From assembly GCA_029006795.1 (NCBI GenBank), contig JAQXGQ010000122.1, positions 3,266 through 67,265 of the forward strand: a stretch of DNA of 64,000 bases, read 5' to 3'. Position numbers and translations under genes: made by a program. Below the pieces are notes generated by a model. That model was not told the DNA's origin. It worked only from the letters and a program-made list of their open reading frames with translations, and did not search any database. The DNA comes from Clostridiales bacterium (lineage in GTDB: Bacteria > Bacillota > Clostridia > Lachnospirales > Lachnospiraceae). Shown piece by piece: positions 20,527 through 29,606 of the stretch; the first letter of the stretch is position 1; each line of letters begins with the position of its first letter.

Positions 20527-21588
20527 ATGAGTATTACAGTATTAAACTATCTTGATCAGGAACTGGTAAACAGCATTACACAGCAGGCTGCCATGCGTGC
20601 AAACGCAGCTGCCACCACTACGGAGGGCAGTGATTTTGCCACTTCTTTGAGCGAAAGTTCAAAGGCCCTTGCTTCTAATGACAGCAGCACCGGTTCCCAG
20701 ACAAACACCACAGCTGCCTCTAGCACCACAGTTTCCTGTCCGGAAAATTATGAGTCTTATTTTAAAGAGGCTTCTGACGCTTACGGTGTTTCTACCACAC
20801 TTTTAAAATCTATTGCAAAAGCAGAATCAAGCTTTGATGCCTCTGCGGTAAGCAGTGCCGGTGCCGTCGGTATCATGCAGTTAATGCCCGCTACTGCCGC
20901 TTCTCTTGGTGTCTCTAATTCTTATGATGCCAGAGAAAATATCATGGGCGGAGCAAAATATATCAGCCAGTTGTTGTCTAAATATGAGGGAAACATTTCA
21001 CTCGCTTTAGCGGCTTACAATGCAGGCAGCAATAATGTGGACAAGTATGGCGGTATCCCTCCTTTTACGGAGACACAAAATTATGTAAAAAAAGTTCTTT
21101 CTTATATGAATGGAACTTTTTCCACGGAGAGTTTTTCTAATACTGCTTCTTCTTACAACTCCGGTATCTTCGGTCTGACCGGAGAAGAACGGGATGCTGC
21201 AAATGAGATGCTCGGCAAATTTTTTGCTGCTAATAATATTACAAAATCAACCTTAGATACACTCGTAGCATTATTAAAAAATCTGTCTACTGCCGTAGGA
21301 AATACTTCCACTAGTACAAGCAGTTCCATTGCTAATACATCTGCCGCAGACAGTTCCGCATATCCGGCTGCTTCCACCACTGCACCGGTGTTACCGGAAA
21401 CTCCAGCTGCTGCAATTACCGGAACCGCTATTCCGGCACCTGCCATTCCGACCGTTGACCCTGTGGTTACAGAAGATGACAGTTCTGCAGAAGAAACGAT
21501 CTCTTCTCCTGATGGAGATAATGCTATGGACACTGCCGTCACTCCTGACAGCAGCACCGGAGACGCAATTGCCGCTCCTTCCATATAA
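20527..21588 (+). CDS. SLT-domain lytic transglycosylase with low-complexity S/T/A/P/D flanks
   Basis: AESSF, GAVGIMQLMPATA, ALAAYNAG, GGIPPFTETQNYV. Confidence 0.92.
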   Translation: MSITVLNYLDQELVNSITQQAAMRANAAATTTEGSDFATSLSESSKALASNDSSTGSQTNTTAASSTTVSCPENYESYFKEASDAYGVSTTLLKSIAKAESSFDASAVSSAGAVGIMQLMPATAASLGVSNSYDARENIMGGAKYISQLLSKYEGNISLALAAYNAGSNNVDKYGGIPPFTETQNYVKKVLSYMNGTFSTESFSNTASSYNSGIFGLTGEERDAANEMLGKFFAANNITKSTLDTLVALLKNLSTAVGNTSTSTSSSIANTSAADSSAYPAASTTAPVLPETPAAAITGTAIPAPAIPTVDPVVTEDDSSAEETISSPDGDNAMDTAVTPDSSTGDAIAAPSI

Positions 21589-21682
21589 CAAAATGTGTAT
21601 ATTTTTGCCCGGTATGTTTCAAGCATACAGGGCATTTCTTTTCTTTCGTAATATGCGCAATATTCTAATCGAAAATATTGTA

Positions 21683-22138
21683 CTAGGAAAGTTCTTCAAT
21701 CTGCTGCTCTAAATAACCATTAAATTCTTTCATAAACTTATAAAGCACATCCACTTCCTCTTTTCCATATTTTTCCAAAAATTCCATGTCACGCTTTTCC
21801 CACATTCTATGCCGCTTAGCATGCTCATCAAAAAGCATCTTTCCCTGATCTGTCAGTTTAAAATAAATCTCTTTTTTATTGGTCTCTAAAGTGTATTTCT
21901 CAATCAACCCCTTTGCTAACAACTTCTTCGTCATTTTACTGATGGCGCCTCTTGTCATTCCCATATGCTCTGCAATCTTTGTAACATTCGGAAGCTCTAA
22001 ACGCCCGATAAAATCAATGCAATGCGTCTCGGAATAACCGTACTCATCTAAGCAGGAGCTTTCCGTCAGCTTTGAAAGCATGTCCTGCCGCTCTAGCATG
22101 AGAGAAATTTCTTTTAATAAAAGTTCCTGTTCTTTCAT
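21683..22138 (-). CDS. MarR-family regulator
   Basis: NVTKIAEHMGMTRGAISKMTKKL, NKKEIYFKLT. Confidence 0.92.
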   Translation of the reverse strand: MKEQELLLKEISLMLERQDMLSKLTESSCLDEYGYSETHCIDFIGRLELPNVTKIAEHMGMTRGAISKMTKKLLAKGLIEKYTLETNKKEIYFKLTDQGKMLFDEHAKRHRMWEKRDMEFLEKYGKEEVDVLYKFMKEFNGYLEQQIEELS

Positions 22139-22157
22139 AAGACAGGCTCCTTTCTGA

Positions 22158-22219
22158 TTGTTTCCTCGTCAACAATCTTTGTATTTTTACTATAGCTTAT
22201 TTTTGTTTCCCTGTCAACA
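22158..22219 (-). promoter_or_regulatory. MarR promoter with two operator copies
   Basis: TTGTTTCCYYGTCAACA at 22158 and 22203; TTGACA-17-TATAGT on the minus strand (22217-22189). Confidence 0.7.
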
Positions 22220-22297
22220 TTTTTTCTAATAACGATGGAAACTTAAAAATGGACGTGCAGTTTATGTTGCACGCCCATTAAAAAACTGATGATTCAC

Positions 22298-23200
22298 TTA
22301 ATCAAATTTGAATTTGGATAATAAATCACCAAGACTGGTTCCTGTGGTTTCCTTATCCGTGTACGCCTCTAAATCCTCCACGCCTTCCGTATCCACCATC
22401 TCTTCCTCTAAGGCTTTCATACTGAGGCTTATTTTGTTATCGTTGGTATTTAAAACCTTTGCCTTTACCTTCTGTCCCACCTTCAAGACTTCAGACGGCT
22501 TACCAATTCTGCGCTCGCAAATCTGGGAAATGTGGACAAGTCCACTCAGTCCGTTTCCAAGACTGATAAATGCACCATAAGGCATCAAGGTCTCTACCGT
22601 TCCCTCTAATACGGTTCCCGGAACAATCATGGAAATCTTGTGATTTCTTTCCTCTTCCTCTGCGGCTTTTGCCACAACCTTACCGGATAACACCAGTTTT
22701 TCTTTCTCTGCATCCACTGTGATAACCTTTGCCTCAATTTCTTTTCCAATCCAGGCATCCGTATCTTCCACATAATCTAATGTAATCTGGGAAGCCGGGA
22801 TAAATGCCCGAATCCCCTCTAAATAGGTTACAACACCGCTTGGCACACTCTCTTTAATACGTACCTTTACTGTAGTTTCTTCCTCTAGCATCTGCTGCAA
22901 TTTCTCCCAGGCTAACACATCATTTGCTTCTTTTTTGGAAAGAAGGATATTTCCCTCTCCATCATCGGTTTTTACCACTGTTGCCTCTATCACATCACCG
23001 ATATGCACCTGCTCTGTAGCAGAAAAATCCGGGTCATTGCTTAAATCTTCTACTTTGATAATCCCCTGTGCATAATATTTTAAATCTAAGGTCACTTCCT
23101 CCTCATTCACGTCAATGACAGTACCAGAAATGATATCTCCCTCTTTGATTTTCCGAAAAGATGCCTCTAATTCCTCTTTGAAATCGTCCATAGTTTCCAT
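22298..23200 (-). CDS. S1 RNA-binding domain protein (three S1 repeats, RpsA-like)
   Basis: GDIISGTV, RAFIPASQ, PYGAFI..GLVHISQI; own TTGCAT-17-TATAAT promoter upstream. Confidence 0.88.
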   Translation of the reverse strand: METMDDFKEELEASFRKIKEGDIISGTVIDVNEEEVTLDLKYYAQGIIKVEDLSNDPDFSATEQVHIGDVIEATVVKTDDGEGNILLSKKEANDVLAWEKLQQMLEEETTVKVRIKESVPSGVVTYLEGIRAFIPASQITLDYVEDTDAWIGKEIEAKVITVDAEKEKLVLSGKVVAKAAEEEERNHKISMIVPGTVLEGTVETLMPYGAFISLGNGLSGLVHISQICERRIGKPSEVLKVGQKVKAKVLNTNDNKISLSMKALEEEMVDTEGVEDLEAYTDKETTGTSLGDLLSKFKFD

Positions 23201-23254
23201 AATAGTTATCCTCCAAACCTTTCAATTACCCCCATTATAGGGTACAATGGACAA

Positions 23255-25519
23255 CTATGCAAGTGGAAACTCTAGAACTGCCTTAAATAAATCTCCATCT
23301 ACTTCGATATGGAACTTTCCGCCCTGTGCTTCGGTAAAACTTTTGGCAATGGCAAGTCCAAGACCTGAACCCTCTGTATTTCTTGAGCTGTCTCCCCTGA
23401 CAAAACGCTCCGTAATTTCCTCTGCATTGATGTTTAGTTCCTCAGCGGACATATTCTTCATGACAATTTCTACCATATTCTCCGTAGTCTTCACCTCAAC
23501 ATAGACTCTCGAATTTGGCATAGCATATTTCTGTACATTTCCGAAAAGATTCTCAAAAATACGATAGGTTTTCTGGTTATCTAATTTTACAATGACCTTT
23601 TCCTCCGCTACTATCCAGCGAAGTTCCATTCCCTTTTCATGGATTTTATCCACATGCTCGATACTGACCTGTTTCATCAGATTTACTACATCTAGCTCAA
23701 TGGGATTTAACACAATATTATTACTAGAAGCCTTGCTGACTTCAAATAAATCTTCAATTAGCATCTTAAGTCTCAATGATTTCTTCTCTAAGGTTTCAAT
23801 GTAGGAGCGGCGTTCCTCCTCCGTAATATCCTCTTTTTTCAAAAGCTCCACATAGGTGGTAATCGCTGTCAATGGTGTCTTTAAATCATGGGAAACATTC
23901 GTAATCAGCTCCGTTTTCATTCTCTGGCTCTTTACCTCTTCATCCACCGCCTTTTTAAATCCGCTTCTGATTTTCACTAATTCCCCACGGAAAGGCTCAA
24001 ATACTCCTAAATCCTCCGTGATAACGGTATTCAAGTCTCCCTCTGCGATACGGTTTACGCCTTGCAGCAATGTCTGGTAATCTTTTCTGATCTTTTCATA
24101 ATTCTTTTTTAGCAGATAAAACAGCACCACTGAATAAATTCCCAGTGCAATGATGCCAAAAGCCCACAAAAATGACAGCAATGACAATACAATAAAGTTC
24201 AAAACCACTATTTTTACAATGGTTTTGGTCGATTTTTCACTAAAGTCCACATGATGTATCTCATCCATAAATTTTTTCCACTTCTTTTTTAGCCACGGAA
24301 AAATCTGATAAATAAAGCTGTACTCTCTGACATATTGTTTCATTCCTAATGAAAAAAACGGCCGAAGAAAATACACAGAAACATACCATGCGGCATATAC
24401 GCAAAACAAAAAGCAGGCACAGCCAAACAATGATGAAAGCACCTCGTAAGTTCCCTTCGTATGAGTGGCATTACTGATTTCTGCAAAGCTCCGGTAATTT
24501 TGTTGCCAGATAAGTTCCACCAAAGTATCCTGCATACATAACACGATAAAAACACCTATTAAGGCAGCTTCCATCAGATAACATTTTCCCGGTCTGTGCA
24601 CCATCACATCATCTTTCCAAATTTTTCTACTGCTCATAAAAAACGCAAATGCCGTTAAATAGATTGCCACTGCAGCATATAAAAATTTTGCTCCTGCATT
24701 AGAATAAGCATTCAAATAACTCCCGTACTGATTATAAAAATCATTATTTCCATCATACATCGCATCGGCATAAATGCTGTTTGCCGGAATAGCAAATACA
24801 ACCTGAAAATCTTTTGGTTTTTCCAGCCTCAACTGATAGCTTTCTCCAAAATTATCTGTGTAAGTGGTTTCCAGTAAATTTTTTCGATCTATCTGACCTA
24901 ATTTTTTAATGATTTCGTCTCCTCTGGTACTTACTCTGCTAAAATATGGTTTTACCTCCATGACTCCATTTTCATCAAATCGGATACCAAAAATTTCTAC
25001 ATAATTACCGGATAGTTCCTCAATAGAAGACGTATACTCTGTTACTTCTTCTAAAGGATTACCAGTATTTGTATTAGACGCTGTTTTGTCATCCTCCCCA
25101 ATCACACAGTAATCCACACCGGAACGGTATTCCTCAAATATCCTACTCCATTCCTCTATTACTTCATCTATAAATGAATCTGCCGCGTCCTTTGTATCCC
25201 CTTCTGTTTCTGCCAATTCTTCCTTACCGGGATATGATTCAATAAATAGTTCGGAACCTGTTACCTGTTCTCCACTTTTCCTCTCAACTTCTTCCTGATA
25301 CAGTACATAGCATCCTTTATACAAGTTTTCCATAAAGTCTTCATCGACTGTTTCCTTACTGTATGCCTCCTCAGAATCAAGCTTCACCTCTTCTAGATTT
25401 GCCTGTCCTATGCAGTTAATACTTGGAAAAAATGCCATAGTTATCAACACACATACCAGCAACACCAGAATTGTTATCACTATTTTTTTACGGTTGTTTT
25501 TCCATTTTATATCCAACAC
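23255..25519 (-). CDS. multi-TM sensor histidine kinase
   Basis: ITNVSHDLKTPLT H-box, N-box, RFVRGD..RNTEGSGLGL. Confidence 0.95.
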   Translation of the reverse strand: MLDIKWKNNRKKIVITILVLLVCVLITMAFFPSINCIGQANLEEVKLDSEEAYSKETVDEDFMENLYKGCYVLYQEEVERKSGEQVTGSELFIESYPGKEELAETEGDTKDAADSFIDEVIEEWSRIFEEYRSGVDYCVIGEDDKTASNTNTGNPLEEVTEYTSSIEELSGNYVEIFGIRFDENGVMEVKPYFSRVSTRGDEIIKKLGQIDRKNLLETTYTDNFGESYQLRLEKPKDFQVVFAIPANSIYADAMYDGNNDFYNQYGSYLNAYSNAGAKFLYAAVAIYLTAFAFFMSSRKIWKDDVMVHRPGKCYLMEAALIGVFIVLCMQDTLVELIWQQNYRSFAEISNATHTKGTYEVLSSLFGCACFLFCVYAAWYVSVYFLRPFFSLGMKQYVREYSFIYQIFPWLKKKWKKFMDEIHHVDFSEKSTKTIVKIVVLNFIVLSLLSFLWAFGIIALGIYSVVLFYLLKKNYEKIRKDYQTLLQGVNRIAEGDLNTVITEDLGVFEPFRGELVKIRSGFKKAVDEEVKSQRMKTELITNVSHDLKTPLTAITTYVELLKKEDITEEERRSYIETLEKKSLRLKMLIEDLFEVSKASSNNIVLNPIELDVVNLMKQVSIEHVDKIHEKGMELRWIVAEEKVIVKLDNQKTYRIFENLFGNVQKYAMPNSRVYVEVKTTENMVEIVMKNMSAEELNINAEEITERFVRGDSSRNTEGSGLGLAIAKSFTEAQGGKFHIEVDGDLFKAVLEFPLA

Positions 25520-26195
25520 CCCACACCACCTTTAAATATTTTGGTTCCTTCGGGTTAATTTCAATTTTGTCCCGAATGTTTCTTACATGTACCATAATGG
25601 TATCCGTATTAATTGCTTTCTCGTTCCACACCCTCTCATAAATCTCTTCCGCAGAATAGACTCTGCCCGGATTTTTCATCAGAAGAGTTAAAATCTTAAA
25701 TTCAATCGGTGTCAGCTTCACCTGTTTTCCATCCACAAACACCTCCACGGTATCTTCATTCAACTCAATGCCACCTATGATATGTACCCTGTCACTTTTC
25801 TCCGTCACCGCTGACTTGCTGGCAAATTTGGTATATCTGCGCAGTTGGGAGTTTACTCTAGCCATCAGTTCTAATGGCGTAAAGGGCTTTGTCACATAAT
25901 CATCCGCACCAATATTTAATCCAATGACCTTATCCGTTTCCTCTGATTTTGCAGAAAGCATAATCACCGGAAATTCGTATTTCTCCCGCAGCTTTAATGT
26001 CATGGTCACTCCGTCCATCCGCGGCATCATAATGTCTACAATTGCAAGATGGATTTCCTGTTTTTCAATCATTTCTAATCCCTCCACCCCGTCTGCCGCC
26101 TTAAACACGTTATAATTCTGACTCTTTAAAAAAATTTCGATTCCGTCACGGATTTCTTTATCGTCTTCTACGATTAGTATGTTGTACTGTTCCAT
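25488..26195 (-). CDS. OmpR-family response regulator
   Basis: VEDD, DIMMP, GADDYVTKPF, VWGVGYK. Confidence 0.96.
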   Translation of the reverse strand: MEQYNILIVEDDKEIRDGIEIFLKSQNYNVFKAADGVEGLEMIEKQEIHLAIVDIMMPRMDGVTMTLKLREKYEFPVIMLSAKSEETDKVIGLNIGADDYVTKPFTPLELMARVNSQLRRYTKFASKSAVTEKSDRVHIIGGIELNEDTVEVFVDGKQVKLTPIEFKILTLLMKNPGRVYSAEEIYERVWNEKAINTDTIMVHVRNIRDKIEINPKEPKYLKVVWGVGYKMEKQP

Positions 26196-26236
26196 TGCTA
26201 AACTCCTGTTCTGTCAGTTCTCTCCTGTTATACTCC

Positions 26237-26353
26237 GCAGTGCACATTCGAGAGCCTGTAGCTCTCTCATTCACGGGCGTTCGCCCTATCAAAACTGATA
26301 GAAATAAATTTGTCTGCAAGCAGCCAATTTCTTTCTGTCAGTTTTGGCACTGC
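26237..26353 (-). other. multi-stem structured element in the response-regulator 5' leader
   Basis: Closing stem GCAGTGC/GCACTGC, long AAAACTGAYAGAAA.AAATT inverted repeat, GGGCGAACGCCC and GAGAGC..GCTCTC hairpins. Confidence 0.55.
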
Positions 26354-27546
26354 TCATTGCCTACGCGTACATTATAACATTTATATTGATACTTTGACAG
26401 AAGTTGTAAATATAATCGCTCTGCCCGACGGGCAATTTCTGTTTCTGCATATTCTGCGGCAGTCTTTTTTGCATGGTCCCGCAATCTTGTATAAAGCCCC
26501 GGACTGCATAATGCCTGCTCGATAGCTGCCGCAAAACAATCTGCATCCTCTGTCGTCAACATACCGTTTTCTTTTGCCCTTACCACATCTCTCACACCGG
26601 TTGCATCTACCGCCACCACCGGTGTACCTGCCGCCATCGCCTCTAACACCACAATTCCCTGTGTTTCTGACTTTGAGGTAAACAGGAATAAGTCGCAGGC
26701 TGCCTGATAATTTTTTATCTGACGGTTATCTACATTTCCCAGAAAAATGACTTGCCCTTCTAACCCCAGTTCTAAACATTTCTGCTCTAAATGTTCTCTC
26801 TCTAACCCCTCACCAATCATCAAATGATGAAACGTTTGTCCTTGAAATGCCAACGCCTCCTTTGTCTTTTTTAGTGCGTCCAGTAAAAAATCTAAGTTTT
26901 TTTCCTTTGCCAGTCTCGCAACCGTGCAAAACAGGTAATCTGCTCCCTGCAAGTATCGTTTTCTGATTTCACAAACCATATTTTTTTCGGGATAAAAGTT
27001 CTCCTCTAAAATTCCGGTAGGCAAAATTTCCACCGGTGTCTCCACCCCCTTTTCATATATTAAATGTTTCTCTATCCCAGGCGTAGGCGCTAACAGCAAA
27101 TCACAGTGATTACAAAAATATGTTAAATAACTCTTTATGACTCCGGTGCACCGCTCCACCTGTTGTAATGATTTCACATAATACAGGTATTCTTCATAAC
27201 GGGTATGATAGGTAAATACCACCGGAATTCCCAATTGTCTGCGCAGCGCAAGCGCCACATTTCCCACAATTGCCGGATGGTGTACATGTATCAGGTCTAT
27301 CTGTAATTCTCTCATTTTCCGCTGAAACATACCTGTCAAAATATTTGGCACCGGTGCCCCCGCAATTGCCATCGGAAAGGATGGATATCGAATCACATAA
27401 GGCTCGTCTTCCTGTTTACCGTAACTCGGTGCAAAAACATATACGGTATGACCTATTTTTCGTAATTCTTCTGCTAAGTGTTCAATGGATATCGGAACAC
27501 CTCCCACATAGGGTTTATAATTATTTGTCAGCATTGCAATCCTCAT
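26338..27546 (-). CDS. GT4-family glycosyltransferase
   Basis: MRIAMLTNNYKPYVGGV, TYHTRYEEY, VARLAKEKN, SKSETQGIVVLEAMAAG. Confidence 0.93.
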   Translation of the reverse strand: MRIAMLTNNYKPYVGGVPISIEHLAEELRKIGHTVYVFAPSYGKQEDEPYVIRYPSFPMAIAGAPVPNILTGMFQRKMRELQIDLIHVHHPAIVGNVALALRRQLGIPVVFTYHTRYEEYLYYVKSLQQVERCTGVIKSYLTYFCNHCDLLLAPTPGIEKHLIYEKGVETPVEILPTGILEENFYPEKNMVCEIRKRYLQGADYLFCTVARLAKEKNLDFLLDALKKTKEALAFQGQTFHHLMIGEGLEREHLEQKCLELGLEGQVIFLGNVDNRQIKNYQAACDLFLFTSKSETQGIVVLEAMAAGTPVVAVDATGVRDVVRAKENGMLTTEDADCFAAAIEQALCSPGLYTRLRDHAKKTAAEYAETEIARRAERLYLQLLSKYQYKCYNVRVGNEQCQN

Positions 27547-27567
27547 TTTTTCACTTCCTTCCAAAAT

Positions 27568-28074
27568 TTAAAGCAGTGCAAACACTGCATCTCCAAAGAG
27601 ATAACCGGCTCCCACAAATACCAGGTTCCACACCGCCACTCCTAATGCAGAGCTTACTACATAACTCCCGAAATTCATTTTCATAACACCGGCAGGAATC
27701 GAAATCAATGTCCGAACCATTGGGATTAATTTGCTGACAAAAATTCCCACACAGCCCTTTTCCCTAAGATAATCGATTTTTTCCTCTATCATTTTTTGAT
27801 GTTTTGGAAAATGTTTATAATACCTTTTTAAGAAAAGATCTCCGCCACCTCTGCCTAACCCGTAAAGGATAACACTTCCCGTTACCCCCGCTGCAATAGT
27901 AATAAATATGGTGACAAAAAAATTCATTTCCCCTCTTGCCGCCCATATCCCTGCTACCGGCATAATAATTCCTGCCGGAAATCCGGGCAAGTTTAAATAT
28001 TCCAACAATACAATGATAAATATTGCAATGGGACCATAGTCTACAAAATATTGCATAATGATTTCTGCATCCAT
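27568..28074 (-). CDS. DedA-family membrane protein
   Basis: LEYLNLPGFPAG, GSVILYGLGR, KLIPMVRTLISIPAG. Confidence 0.92.
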   Translation of the reverse strand: MDAEIIMQYFVDYGPIAIFIIVLLEYLNLPGFPAGIIMPVAGIWAARGEMNFFVTIFITIAAGVTGSVILYGLGRGGGDLFLKRYYKHFPKHQKMIEEKIDYLREKGCVGIFVSKLIPMVRTLISIPAGVMKMNFGSYVVSSALGVAVWNLVFVGAGYLFGDAVFALL

Positions 28075-28103
28075 ATCTTTTCCCCTCTCATTTTGTTGGT
28101 TTT

Positions 28104-28165
28104 ATCTTACCGTAAGAATTTGAAAACTCCCTGCAGAAAAATCCAAAGAATTTCTAAAGAAACCC
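28104..28165 (-). promoter_or_regulatory. dedA-GT4 promoter with OmpR-type direct repeat
   Basis: Minus strand TTCTTTAGAAA TTCTTTGGA (11-bp period) upstream of TAAGAT -10. Confidence 0.5.
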
Positions 28166-28257
28166 TTTGGATTTTGTGTATCATTTTTTTCTTTTCTTTC
28201 TATATAAAAAATGGTATGATGTAAACGTTACAGATTTTTTATTTTAGGAGGTACGTT

Positions 28258-28548
28258 ATGGACAAGAAAGCAACCAGTATTATTTCTTATATCACCTTAA
28301 TCGGTTGGTTAATTGCCTTTTGTGCAGGTGACAAGGAAGGTGCAAAGTTTCATCTGAATCAGTCGTTGGTGCTGCTGTTAGCAAATCTTATCGCTAGCTT
28401 CTGTACTTATATCCCTGTAATTGGTGGCATTGTAAGCTCAATTTTAAACATTGTTATTTTTGTTTTCTGGGTAATGGGACTGGTATATGCTTGTGAAGGC
28501 AAAGATAAGGAAGTTCCTTTATTTGGAAGTATTAAGATTTTGAATTAG
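28258..28548 (+). CDS. small membrane protein (DUF4870/Tic20-like)
   Basis: ISYITLIGW..AKFHLNQSLVL..IPVIG..VPLFG; AGGAGG RBS. Confidence 0.85.
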   Translation: MDKKATSIISYITLIGWLIAFCAGDKEGAKFHLNQSLVLLLANLIASFCTYIPVIGGIVSSILNIVIFVFWVMGLVYACEGKDKEVPLFGSIKILN

Positions 28549-28585
28549 AGATAAAAAGTTTTTCTTATTTTTTTGATTTTGCATC

Positions 28586-28614
28586 TTGACATCTGCGCAA
28601 TCCTATAGTATAGT
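28586..28614 (+). promoter_or_regulatory. sigma-A promoter of tRNA-Thr
   Basis: TTGACA-17-TATAGT. Confidence 0.8.
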
Positions 28615-28642
28615 AGTACAGGTGTTGAGGTGCTCAACAAAT

Positions 28643-28715
28643 GCTGCTGTGGCTCAGTCGGTAGAGCGTCGCATTGGTAGTGCGGAGGTCACGGGTCCGA
28701 TTCCCGTCAGCAGCT
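28643..28715 (+). tRNA. tRNA-Thr(GGT)
   Basis: Acceptor GCTGCTG/CAGCAGC; anticodon arm TCGCA TT GGT AG TGCGG; T-loop TCCGATT. Confidence 0.93.
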
Positions 28716-28942
28716 TTCTTTAAAAAACAGCGCAAGCCTAGAGAAATAAAGGGTTTGCGCTGTTTTGATTCTATTTTTTGTCACACCTCCCCCTTCTTTT
28801 GTCAAATTCCGTACGGACTTTTCCGATAAACATTTCCATGACATTGACAGCCCTACCTATTTTAAACACAAATAACTGCAAAAGACCTGTTAGAGTACCC
28901 TGGCTTCTTTCAGGGTACTCTCTGAAACAGACTTTCCGCTTC

Positions 28943-29089
28943 CTATCGTTTCTGATTTATCGGCTGTATTCCCTCTTTTCGAACATTATGTGTCTGATTC
29001 TGGTTTTCGGGCTTTACCTTTTGCGTCACACTATTAAATTTGTTGTGATTTATCTGCCTTTCTATGCGTTCCTCATTTTTTTGATCCAT
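28943..29089 (-). CDS. small hydrophilic protein, 48 aa, probable forespore gene (not in ORF track)
   Basis: MDQKNEERIERQINHNKFNSVTQKVKPENQNQTHNVRKEGIQPINQKR; GAGAGGTG RBS; sigma-G-like promoter; hairpin at 28885-28930 downstream. Confidence 0.75.
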   Translation of the reverse strand: MDQKNEERIERQINHNKFNSVTQKVKPENQNQTHNVRKEGIQPINQKR

Positions 29090-29106
29090 GATTATCACCT
29101 CTCAGA

Positions 29107-29136
29107 TAATATGCCCTCAAAATACAAGTAACATAC
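29107..29136 (-). promoter_or_regulatory. sigma-G(/F)-type promoter
   Basis: GTATG-N18-CATATTA on the minus strand, matching the GHATR-N18-CATAHTA consensus. Confidence 0.65.
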
Positions 29137-29309
29137 ACTACTTTTTTCCGGAACGACTTCCTCCCTTTTGAATAAATTGTTTCTTATCTGCACACTCTAC
29201 AATTGTCACTTTGCGGCTCATCCAAACCTGTCAGCAACTAAAGTTACTGTTTCATCAAAATGGAGACGTCCTGCGATACAAATCTAATAATATATAGAAG
29301 GAGATGCAT

Positions 29310-29468
29310 ATGCCAGATAAAAAAACATCCAATATCTACGATGACGGAAACATTCCAGACGTAGACCTGCCACAAAATAACGCTAAAAATTCTGCCAAGC
29401 CTGACTATGAGGTAGAGCCATTGCCGGAATCTTCACGCCCGAGAAAAGCCGGGCCGGGAGGAGATTAA
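29310..29468 (+). CDS. small protein, 52 aa (not in ORF track)
   Basis: MPDKKTSNIYDDGNIPDVDLPQNNAKNSAKPDYEVEPLPESSRPRKAGPGGD; AGAAGGAG RBS. Confidence 0.7.
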   Translation: MPDKKTSNIYDDGNIPDVDLPQNNAKNSAKPDYEVEPLPESSRPRKAGPGGD

Positions 29469-29606
29469 TTGTTCCCGCATGCAAATCTGCAGAGTGCCTG
29501 TCTGACGATGAGCTTTCCGTTCTTGCTACAGAACTGACTACTTTAGGCGACATACTTAAAGTCTTAATTGCACAACAGGCTGCATGTGAGAAAGAATGAT
29601 TCTTTC

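Noticed and set aside
28716-28770. Integration-site-like hairpin after tRNA-Thr (a similar degenerate one follows tmRNA at 56045-56100)
   Set aside because: No duplicated tRNA/tmRNA 3' end and no integrase in the window; explained as terminators.
28778-29131. 117-aa plus-strand ORF
   Set aside because: TTG start with no RBS; overlaps the better-supported sigma-G small gene on the minus strand.
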